From: Priapulus caudatus
Taxonomy: Eukaryota
Direction: 5' to 3'
Assembly (NCBI RefSeq): GCF_000485595.1
Contig: NW_014577069.1
Location: forward strand, 770,018-821,340
Length of the DNA stretch: 51,323 nt
Part shown: positions 13,311-23,110 of the stretch, in pieces
Position numbering within the stretch: the first letter of the stretch is position 1
Layout: each line of letters opens with the position of its first letter
Made by a program: the position numbers and the translations under genes
Notes under the pieces: generated by a model
Database searches by the model: none
The model's input: the letters and a program-made list of their open reading frames with translations, nothing else
What the model was told of the DNA's origin: nothing

Positions 13311-13909
13311 CCGTACCCATACTTACCGCACCAATGTGTAATGTTCTGAATGTTTGCCATTCATGATTATGACGATGTTATCATGGAAAAGCTCATGCTC
13401 TCGTGCGTCAGCACGTGGCGTGGCGCCGTGGCGCAGAGAATTTCGTCAGTCTCTGTGTGATTCGCAGCTGACACATCTCGCCCGGTTACGAACAGAGACA
13501 TTATTTTCATAAGAAGTCAACACTGTTCATTGCAAATAGAAAGCAAAGATTCGAAGCTGTTGATGAGTCATGTTTTGAAATCGTCTTTGAGAGCGTAGTA
13601 CACATGTTTTGCGATATATTACATCGTCCCAGCGTGCACTTATAGGCAAAAACTTCCGTTCTACCCTGCGGTCGAGGTGGGGGCCCTGACTTGCTCTTGT
13701 GCAGGAAAACTTCGCCGACAAACTTGGAACTCGCCTGCTCGCAGTTACCCTTGACGGTGCAACCCACTATATATACCATATATGTCCACCCGACCCTACC
13801 GGCTATCAACAACGGCCTTACGTGATATACTCAACATACTGGCTACCTCTATGTGATTATTATGTGATTATACGTGCGTCACTTGTTTTGTATATAGGTT
13901 GAACATTTC

Positions 13910-14139
13910 GGCCCAAGGATAAGAGAACACTGGGTCCCAATAAATAACCAATGTTGCCTAACCCTAACCTCTAAACCCTAACGCATAAATCAACCCTAAA
14001 CCCTAATCCTGTGACCCTGAAGCCTCAACCCTAACCATGAACCTAACCTATTATATATTGATATAATATTAATATTTAGTTGATGTAATGCCATTGCATT
14101 TTATTGGCAATATGACCCATGTTCTCTATCCTTGAACCC
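13910..14139. mobile_element. MITE-like element with internal degenerate (CCCTAA)n
   Basis: Inverted ends caaggataagagaacactgggtc / gacccatgttctctatccttg enclose ccctaa-type repeats. Confidence 0.55.
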
Positions 14140-14575
14140 TAACGATGTTCTATGTACATCATCAGAGGCATACTGATTTGCCGCAGGTATATAATTAAAA
14201 ACCAAGCTTTATGCTTTTTTCGCTGACAGCTGCCTCGCCTTCGTTATATGAAGCGCTGANNNNNNNNNNNNNNNNNNNNNNNNNNNNNNNNNNNNNNNNN
14301 NNNNNNNNNNNNNNNNNNNNNNNNNNNNNNNNNNNNNNNNNNNNNNNNNNNNNNNNNNNNNNNNNNNNNNNNNNNNNNNNNNNNNNNNNNNNNNNNNNNN
14401 NNNNNNNNNNNNNNNNNNNNNNNNNNNNNNNNNNNNNNNNNNNNNNNNNNNNNNNNNNNNNNNNNNNNNNNNNNNNNNNNNNNNNNNNNNNNNNNNNNNN
14501 NNNNNNNNNNNNNNNNNNNNNNNNNNNNNNNNNNNNNNNNNNNNNNNNNNNNNNNNNNNNNNNNNNNNNNNNNNN

Positions 14576-14874
14576 ACTAGAGAAGCGTTGCCGAAAGGAG
14601 GTGTTGATCCCAAGCACTATAAGCGCAGATCTTGCGCGCAGTTCCGCGGCAAGGCGCACGCGACCGCGGGAACGTCCTACGACAGTATGCAGCGCTGGCA
14701 GCTATGGAACCGTGCATCGGCCTATGCATTCGGCGCACGGATCCATAGCTGCCAGCGCTGCATACTGTCGTAGGACGTTCCCGCGGTCGCGTGCGCCTTG
14801 CCGCGGAACTGCGCGCAAGATCTGCGCTTATAGTGCTTGGGATCAACACCTCCTTTCGGCAACGCTTCTCTAGT
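14576..14874. repeat. 299 bp palindrome with 133 bp perfect arms
   Basis: 14576-14708 is the exact reverse complement of 14742-14874. Right-arm copies also occur at 19370-19453 and, noisily, at 51240-51323. Confidence 0.93.
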
Positions 14875-15024
14875 ATCCCGTCTCATCTGGTTTTGCGATT
14901 CGCCTAAGTATGGTATAATGCATTAATAATACATGCAAAAACAAGAAAAGATATGTATATACAGTTATATGCTTTGTGTGGGTATTGTTATAAAGTGACA
15001 AGATATTCTACAATACGAAAATAC

Positions 15025-15097
15025 TAGCTCTAGTACTATAGCCGCTTACATTAACTGCCGCTGGCAGTTAATGTAAGCGGCTATAGTACTAGAGCTA
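15025..15097. mobile_element. 73 bp hairpin micro-transposon (TAG...CTA, 9-bp TSD)
   Basis: Perfect 35-bp arms with a 3-nt loop. CGAAAATAC is duplicated at 15016-15024 and 15098-15106. Absent from copy A (~3095). Confidence 0.88.
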
Positions 15098-15506
15098 CGA
15101 AAATACGAACAATACGAAAATATAGAAATATAGATTTTAAATTAATGTGATATAGGCCTCATACCTTAAAAGGGGGTTTGCTTTCTCGGCGTATACGCGT
15201 ATGAAGCTACATAGTGGTAATGTGTTTCATACATATAAACTAACATGTCTAAGAAAATTCCGTTAAGCTTCGTCAGTGAAGTGTACTGACTGAAATGGTT
15301 ACTTTATCATCACTTGTTCATCAGTAAATTAATTCCCATTTATGGGTGTATATCACAGATAGAGAATACGTGTAAGACTTAACGTTATTTTAAAAATCCA
15401 TATATTTAAAACGTTTTTGTTAATTACTCTGTGACTGTTAAACTACCATGTAAATGTTATATAAAAGTGAAGCTTTGATGGTACGGGCAGTATGCCTGTT
15501 GTTGTG

Positions 15507-15714
15507 TAGTAGGTCTCAGGGGAGAGATAATGAATATAGAAATAAGTTGTAGATATAGAAATCAGTTAACCCTAACCCTAACCCTAACCCTATCCCAAAT
15601 TCTAAAATAAAACAAAATTTGCCAAAATAATAAAAAATAAAATAAATAAGAGTCAAAATTAGCCAATCAGAGCCGTCCCTTAGCGGATCACTATCTCTCC
15701 TCTGTGCAAAATTC
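15507..15714 (+). mobile_element. ~210 bp element with subterminal inverted repeats and internal (CCCTAA)n
   Basis: caggggagagataatga / tcactatctctcctctg. GTTGTTGTG is duplicated at 15498-15506 and 15715-15723. Absent from copy A. Inverted second copy at 20253-20466. Confidence 0.8.
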
Positions 15715-16368
15715 GTTGTTGTGAGATGCAGTCACAGAAATAGAATAGAAGTAGAACGCTCATACCCAGGCGCGCAGCGTCGCCAGTTTCTGACAACTGT
15801 CACGTGACCAGCGCCATATTTGTGCAGTCACCCTGCATAGCACATCACTAGTAAAGCTTGACCCCCTTAAACAAATTTTAATACCAAATGCAAAGAAAAT
15901 ATGATAAGAAAGTAGTAGTTGAATGCCAAAGTACCCGGCGTTAATGACAGTTTGTTTTAATTACAGAAAAACATGCATGGATGCGTTTTCCTATAGATTT
16001 TAAACACTGCTTTCTTACAGAGGTAAAATTAAAATTGACAACTGCTACTGAATGGATTGTTGCACATGCTGGTACTGAAATAAAATTTGCACTTAACTAT
16101 CCACATTAGCAAGAAAATAAGACAAGATTTTATGTAGCTAGGTTCGCACGTCAGCTTCCCCAGGCCCAACTAGGAACCAATTTAATTATGCTTCTAAGAT
16201 GAATACAATACATTGTAGAGCGAAGAAAAAGTCATTTCTGTATTAATTCCATTTATTCACAATATTTTAACGGCTTGTCGCAACTTAGGTTCCTTATTCT
16301 ATTATTTTGTATTTTAAAACAGGCACAATCAAATCTTTTTTATTGCTAGCAAATATATATACTGTATG

Positions 16369-16430
16369 TAGCTTTAGAACTATAGCCCTCCGCTCCGCCG
16401 CAGGAGCGGAGGGCTATAGTTCTAGAGCTA
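16369..16430. mobile_element. 62 bp hairpin micro-transposon (TAG...CTA, 9-bp TSD)
   Basis: 28-bp arms (1 mismatch) with a 6-nt loop. TACTGTATG is duplicated at 16360-16368 and 16431-16439. The outer 19 bp are nearly identical to the 15025 element. Confidence 0.88.
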
Positions 16431-16714
16431 TACTGTATGTAGCAACAATTAAAAATCAAACAATTCTAAGTTTTCTAAGCTGCACCACTTCTAACTAATT
16501 GAATTGCTAGTCAAAGATAATACATCATGTATATCATTTGCATAGCAAAATAGATAATTAAAATTAAATACATACACACAAACAACGGAATACAAAAAAA
16601 CTAGTTCATCACACATCTTATACAGGTACAACGCCGATTTTCCGGACACTGATGCTCCGGAACCTCTTTTAATCCGGATAAAATACTTTTGAAATTATTT
16701 GGCGTAGCAGTGTA

Positions 16715-17185
16715 CGTCGCTGTGTCGCCACATTGCTGTGTCGCCATGTGGGTGCGTCGCCACGTCGCCACGTCGCCGTGTCGCCATGTGGGAGCGTCGC
16801 CGTGTCGCCATGTGGCGCGCGTCGCCACATCGCCGTGTCGCCATGTGGGCGCGTTGCCACGTCGCCGTGTCACCATGTGGTCGCGTCGCCACGTAGCCGT
16901 GTCACCATGTGGGCGCGTCGCCACGTCGCCATGTCGCCATGTGGGTGTGTCGCCACATCGCCGTGTCGCTACATCGCCGTGTCGCCAAATCGCCGTGTCG
17001 CTATGTGGGCGTGTCGCCATATCGCCGCGTCGCTATGTCGTCGTGTCACCATGTGGGCGCGTCGCTGTTTCACCATGTGGGCGCGTCGCCGTGTCACCAT
17101 GTGGGCGCGTCGCTGTGTCACTATGTGGGCGCGTCGCCACGTAGCCGTGTCGCCATGTGAGCGCGTCGCCGTATCACCATGTGCT
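16715..17185. repeat. GC-rich minisatellite built from 8-mer variants (gtcgccac/gtcgccgt/gtcgccat + gtgggcgc)
   Basis: Directly visible higher-order repeat of about 24-32 bp. Confidence 0.9.
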
Positions 17186-18537
17186 TTCATTTCTGTCTAT
17201 GAACTGTCTGTGACATGACTATGTACAGGGGGGGGGGCACTTTTTAGCTCGGGTTCATTATGAATGTGAATATGTGTCATATGCGAATGTGTAATTTATT
17301 GAATATGTTGTGTTGACCACCGTGGGGATGAGGGCAACAGCAAAACTCTTTCTTGGAATTGGGAAAAAAGCTGCAAAAGAGTTGTAACCTCTGCTTTGCC
17401 ATTCAATAAATTACATAATTTAACCCATGCATCATATCATGCACGTATCATGCAGGTATCTGCGCGACTATTATATTTGTCAATCCCCCCCCCTTCCCTA
17501 AATTCGCCACTGATGTAATGTCCGCGGGTGGGCTGCAGCCAGTGGTTTACTGTAGAAACCTATCTCTAGTGCCATAGTAGTGTTTTCCTCGACCGAGTCT
17601 AGAATTTGTCAACGGCGAGTCGACTGCCCAGGAATGCTCTGATGAATCGAAGGCAAATCTCCTCATATACGTATATGAGAAGGCTGAATGCATGTGATAT
17701 GTAGACAAGGCTAAATATAGAGACCGGGACAAGAGGCAGAAAGCAATAAAAGAAATTATGAGTGCGCTTGAATGGCCGAGTGCAGCGATGTATATGGTGT
17801 ACATGTAAATGTATATGGTGTCTGGCATCTGCGCTGATGTCTTTGATAACAGATAGATTTGTTCTCATACATATTCTGATTTCTGCAACATAAATAGACA
17901 GAACTGTCAGATGCCTTTTAATAATCTTCACAAAACTCTTACACGTGCTATGCCTGGTGCGAATTTATACATGCAATGATGCCTATAGATATCCATCGGC
18001 GCATCGCTCCACACGTACGCTCGCGGTCGAGTCTGACCGCTCGCTCGAGTTGCCAACTCGCAGTCGTCAGTGTAAACGCGGTGCACAGTTCATAGATGGG
18101 TTGATAGCGCGTTGGGAAGTTGGTATAATTCGGCAATTCGCCAACTCAAAGTTGGCAGTGTAAAGCCAGCTTTACATGATGTTTGAAAGAAAGTAAAAAA
18201 ATTTAAATCAGGAAAATATTAATTCTAGTGCTTATAACTGACAGAATATAGATCAAAACCTTATAGGTTGATCCTCACGACGAATCACTTTAGACAATTT
18301 TCACTTTGAATAATTTGTATTACATGATCTGATATTGCTAATGCCTAATGGTGAAGACTTCAATATTAAATTTAGTGACAGATGACTCATGTGCAGGTCA
18401 ACTGTCTTAGTCTCTGTGACATTAATCTAGACGTACATCATTATCCCAGCAAAGATAATAGGCCTAGTTATTAATAATAGTAACCCGATTGAGAGGTGAA
18501 CAGTAAAACAATTCAGTGGCAATGTTTGTTAACTAGA

Positions 18538-19469
18538 TCTAGACGATCTGCAGCCGGATATCTGCGCGAAGCGCGAACAGCGCCACCTGTTGGCGCCATT
18601 TCATTCAACTCGCTGCTCCGTATTTAGAACAATTTCAACGGTTATGTCAAATGGGCCTGTAATCGGTCAATTGAGGAGTTGTGGCGCTTGCACAAACCTT
18701 TCGATTATGCACGTAGGGCGAGAATAAATCCAATGGTCGTAATTGCTACTTTTTTTGGTTGGCGCGTTAGCTTTTTTTCTAGAAAAGCGATTTCGAATTT
18801 ATTTAATTCCACGCCCTGAACTTATTCTCGTACTACCGCTCCCCATAGATGGCGCGACGAGGCTCTCTTCGAGAGAATTNNNNNNNNNNNNNNNNNNNNN
18901 NNNNNNNNNNNNNNNNNNNNNNNNNNNNNNNNNNNNNNNNNNNNNNNNNNNNNNNNNNNNNNNNNNNNNNNNNNNNNNNNNNNNNNNNNNNNNNNNNNNN
19001 NNNNNNNNNNNNNNNNNNNNNNNNNNNNNNNNNNNNNNNNNNNNNNNNNNNNNNNNNNNNNNNNNNNNNNNNNNNNNNNNNNNNNNNNNNNNNNNNNNNN
19101 NNNNNNNNNNNNNNNNNNNNNNNNNNNNNNNNNNNNNNNNNNNNNNNNNNNNNNNNNNNNNNNNNNNNNNNNNNNNNNNNNNNNNNNNNNNNNNNNNNNN
19201 NNNNNNNNNNNNNNNNNNNNNNNNNNNNNNNNNNNNNNNNNNNNNNNNNNNNNNNNNNNNNNNNNNNNNNNNNNNNNNNNNNNNNNNNNNNNNNNNNNNN
19301 NNNNNNNNNNNNNNNNNNNNNNNNNNNNNNNNNNNNNNNNNNNNNNNNNNNNNNNNNNNNNNNNNNNNNGCGTGCGCCTTGCCGCGGAACTGCGCGAAAG
19401 ATCTGCGCTTGAGCGCTTCGGATCAAATCTCCTTTCGGCAACGCTTCTCTAGTATCCCGTCTCATCTGG
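18538..19469 (+). mobile_element. Composite repeat element copy 2 (middle in N gap), nested in the 4.4 kb transposon
   Basis: Starts TCTAG-acgatctgcagccggatatctgcgcgaagcgcgaacagcgcc and ends ctctagtatcccgtctca-TCTGG, as in copy 1. Confidence 0.7.
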
Positions 19470-19963
19470 ATCTATATACACTTATTTTCACTACAGCGAT
19501 TTGAGTGTATTCAGCATTGGACCACATAACACATACATTCGGCAAATGTCTGCAATGATTATTAACCTACTGACACTGTACTTGTAACCCGACCAGGCTG
19601 TGTGACTAACGTCAATATACAACATTGTCAACAATATACAATAACGTCGGTATTCTAACCCTAGCAATACCGTTTCATGGAGCTACTGTACTTGTAGTTG
19701 TACAGTACAGTGTCAATAGGGATAATAGTCTTAGTACGTCACATTATCCTTTACAAAACATTATAGAAATATACCTGTGGAACGTCTTTCCAGATCCTTT
19801 CTGTATCCGATTGCAACAGTTGATGGCCACGCAACATGTAGGCTTTTTCAAGCATTTGTCCTCGAGCTTTACTAGTGATGCGCTAAGCAGGACGACTGCA
19901 ACAATATGGCGCTGGTCACGTGACAGTTGTGAGAAACTGGCGACGCTGTGCACAATGCTGAGC

Positions 19964-20070
19964 CACAGAAATAGAATGAAAGATTCTATTTCTTTTACTT
20001 TTTTCTACTTTTTTCTTCTATTTCTTCTACTTTCTTCTACTATTCTTTCTACCTATATTCTATTTCTGTG
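19964..20070. mobile_element. 107 bp MITE of the cacagaaatagaat family nested in the right TIR of its larger relative
   Basis: Ends cacagaaatagaat / attctatttctgtg. TGCTGAGC is duplicated at 19956-19963 and 20071-20078. Confidence 0.85.
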
Positions 20071-20172
20071 TGCTGAGCGGCTGTGTACGAGCGTTCTACT
20101 TCTATTCTATTTCTGTGGATGCAGTAACAAAACCCTGGTGGGAAACTAAGGAACGACGGGAGCATTTGAATT

Positions 20173-20248
20173 TAGACTGGTACTCGCTTCCACCTCGATT
20201 ACTTGATGGGGAGGCCTAAGCCGAGAGGTGGGACCGGGTACCAGTCTA
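20173..20248. mobile_element. 76 bp hairpin micro-transposon (TAG...CTA, 9-bp TSD)
   Basis: Arms tagactggtactcgcttccacctc / gaggtgggaccgggtaccagtcta. ATTTGAATT is duplicated at 20164-20172 and 20249-20257. Absent from copy A (~3550). Confidence 0.85.
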
Positions 20249-20252
20249 ATTT

Positions 20253-20466
20253 GAATTTTGCGCAGGGGAGAGATAGTGATCCGCTTTGGGACGGCTCTGA
20301 TTGGCTAATTTTGTCTCTTATTTATTTTATTTGTTATTATTTTTGGCTAATTTTGTTTTATTTTAGAATTAGGGATAGGGTTAGGGTTAGGATTAGGGTT
20401 ATGGTTAACTGATTTCTATATCCCCAACTTATTTTTATATTCACTATCTCTCCCCTGAGACCTACT
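20253..20466 (-). mobile_element. Second, inverted copy of the (TTAGGG)-containing ~210 bp element
   Basis: Approximate reverse complement of 15508-15714, inserted into the tttt of gggagcattttgatag (copy A ~3546-3561). Confidence 0.8.
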
Positions 20467-21044
20467 TTTTGATAGTCACTAAATCCAAGGAATGAGATAA
20501 TAACTTTCTCCTGATAGCTGCGCGCTATATTTCTTCCGCAGACTCACATCTTGCTTTCTGTCGTTAACAAGTCATTATCAATTATGTTACGATTACACAT
20601 GAACATGTCAGTTTAGTCATCATATTAGTTTAAACAAACCTATTAATTATTTTCTAGACTGTTGTATGCTGTGTTAGTATATACAGTATGTATGAATCAC
20701 GCGTTTATGTAAAGAAATAATTGTTGAAATACTGTTAATTCCATTTGAATCATCTCTATCCCTAGTTGATCGCCAATAAACATGCGTATGCGATTAACTT
20801 GTCGGTGGAACGATTTAACCTAAAATTGTAATTCCGATGTCTGCTTCTATGCATCGATCATCCGTTCATTGCACTATGCCGGGTTATATGTTTCTTAAAT
20901 ATTGTTGTATTTATAAAATAATGAATTAAACAAATTACTTGGTTCGGAATGGCGTGCAATTGTATGTTGGATTTGTCGCATGGAATACGATTCAGCAAAC
21001 TTTTAAATCGAATACTATTAATCGTAAAACATGACATGACACAA

Positions 21045-21962
21045 CACGTGATACGACATAACATAACAAAACAAAACATAACATAACATAACATAACAAA
21101 ACAAAACAAAACAAAACATAACATAACATAACATAACATAACATAACATAACATAACATAACATAACATAACATAACATAACATACCAATAACATAATCA
21201 TAAACATTAATCATCACAATCCACCCACACACACAACGACAACACAAACCACAACACAACACAAACACAACAACACACACAAACAACACAGACACAACAC
21301 AACAACAACACAACAACACACACACACAACACAACACTAACATAACATAACATAAACATAACATAACATAACCATAACATAACATAAACTATAACATAAC
21401 ATAACATAACATAACATTAGACATAACACATACATAACATTAACATAACATACACATAACATAACATCAGCAGTGATACAATACACTCCTGTAATGATTA
21501 CACTCCTCGATGACACATAACGATTAAACATAAACATATACATAACATAACCATATATATAACATATTAACATACATAACATAACATAAAAGACATAACC
21601 ATTAACTAACATAACAGTACATCATAACAGTAACATAACATAACAAAACAGCAACCAACACAACATTAACATGCTACACTGGACATTGACATGGACATGA
21701 CATGACATGAGATGACATGCAATAACATAATGAACATGTACATTGACATGACATTGACCATGACAATATAATAAACATAACCATAACATAACATACATAA
21801 CATAACATAACATCAAACATAACATAACATAACATAACATAACATAACATAACATAACATAACATCATAACATAACATAACATAACATAACATAACATAA
21901 CATAACATAACATAACATAACATAACATAACATAACATAACATAACATAACATAACATAACA
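21045..21962. repeat. Expanded (AACAT)n tract with a noisy middle
   Basis: Directly visible. Confidence 0.9.
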
Positions 21963-22474
21963 CAGCATTATGGCTATTTGTTCTCAGCAGATTTTAATCA
22001 CATTTATCAAGCTGTGAATAAAAATACACCCACGTTAGCTACGTACTGATCATCGTCAACACGTGATAAACTTTCTAACTTAAGCACAAAGCATGCATAA
22101 AAACATTGATTTATATGAAGTATCTTTGACATCATCATTTGGAATATACTTTATTTATAATACACGCCTCAAGAGACATCGAGTAATTATACTTGTTACA
22201 GAAGTACTGCTTTGGGAATAATTACGAGGACAAGCTAATGGTAATCTAATAAAGAAGAAAAATTTCCTCTCGTTTTTCACGTGCATATTAGAAGGAAGAT
22301 AACAACGTAGCGGTGTTGACAAAATGCAGCCTCAGTATAACGCATAAATTAGATGTAGACAACGTTAGTCATACAAACGACTTTCGTGGCAGTATAATAA
22401 TACAATATAAAATAAAATAAATTATATACGTACATATTTATATTCTATAGAACATACATGGTTTGAGCATCTTG

Positions 22475-22690
22475 CGCACGCGTACACGCACCGGCACACA
22501 CCCGCGCACGCAATTACGCACGCACGCACGCACGCACGCACGCACGACCACGCACGCACGCACGCACGCACGTACGCATTGCACGCACGCACGGACAGGC
22601 ACAGGCACACACCCGCGCACGCAATTACGCACGCACGCACGCACGACGCACGAAACGGCACGCCAACACACAACACACACAACACACAAA

Positions 22691-22727
<37 letters not shown>

Positions 22728-22770
22728 ACGTATACGCGCACACGCAAACGCACAAGCATGCGCACGCGCG
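22475..22770. repeat. (GCAC)n/(CA)n compound microsatellite with an internal duplication
   Basis: ggcacacacccgcgcacgcaattacgcacgcac occurs twice. Confidence 0.85.
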
Positions 22771-23079
22771 CGAAAACATTACATGTGTATATCGCATCGT
22801 GACCTATATATCCCACACATACTATTACCAAAAACGACGTAGCATCCCGGGGTCTAGCACTATATTTCTACGCTCGTGCTGGTATGCATTATTTACCACA
22901 TACATATTATTATTATATATACTATATAATATATATATATATATATTGTTTAGGTTGTTAAGCCGAGCTTGTTCAGAGCTATACTCCTTCTATTTACCTA
23001 TGTCGGATCACGAGCAAACTATACGAATTAATCGAATACGGGGATACGATAGATGTAGTATATATATGTATGTATATAT

Positions 23080-23110
<31 letters not shown>

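Larger units (their letters stand above)
12202..14890 (+). mobile_element. Composite repeat element copy 1 (left end acgatctgcag..gcgcgaagcgcg; right end ..ctctagtatcccgtctcaTCTGG)
   Basis: The whole segment is absent from copy A, which reads gaacatt-TCTGG-ttttg (2964-2980). The same left and right ends recur at 18538-19469, and related segments at 48929-51323. Confidence 0.75.
15733..20117. mobile_element. 4.4 kb non-autonomous DNA transposon, CAC...GTG termini, 8-bp TSD (P- or hAT-like)
   Basis: TIR cacagaaatagaatagaagtagaacgctc / gagcgttctacttctattctatttctgtg, extending imperfectly for ~130 bp. GATGCAGT is duplicated at 15725-15732 and 20118-20125. Empty site ggtgcagt at ~3514-3521 in copy A. 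No transposase ORF seen. Confidence 0.88.

Noticed and set aside
15565..15595. (CCCTAA)n as a telomere or chromosome-fusion scar
   Set aside because: Only about 4 units, and embedded within a dispersed mobile element.
14195..19504. ORFs spanning N gaps (14195-14873, 18743-19504)
   Set aside because: Open only because Ns translate as X.
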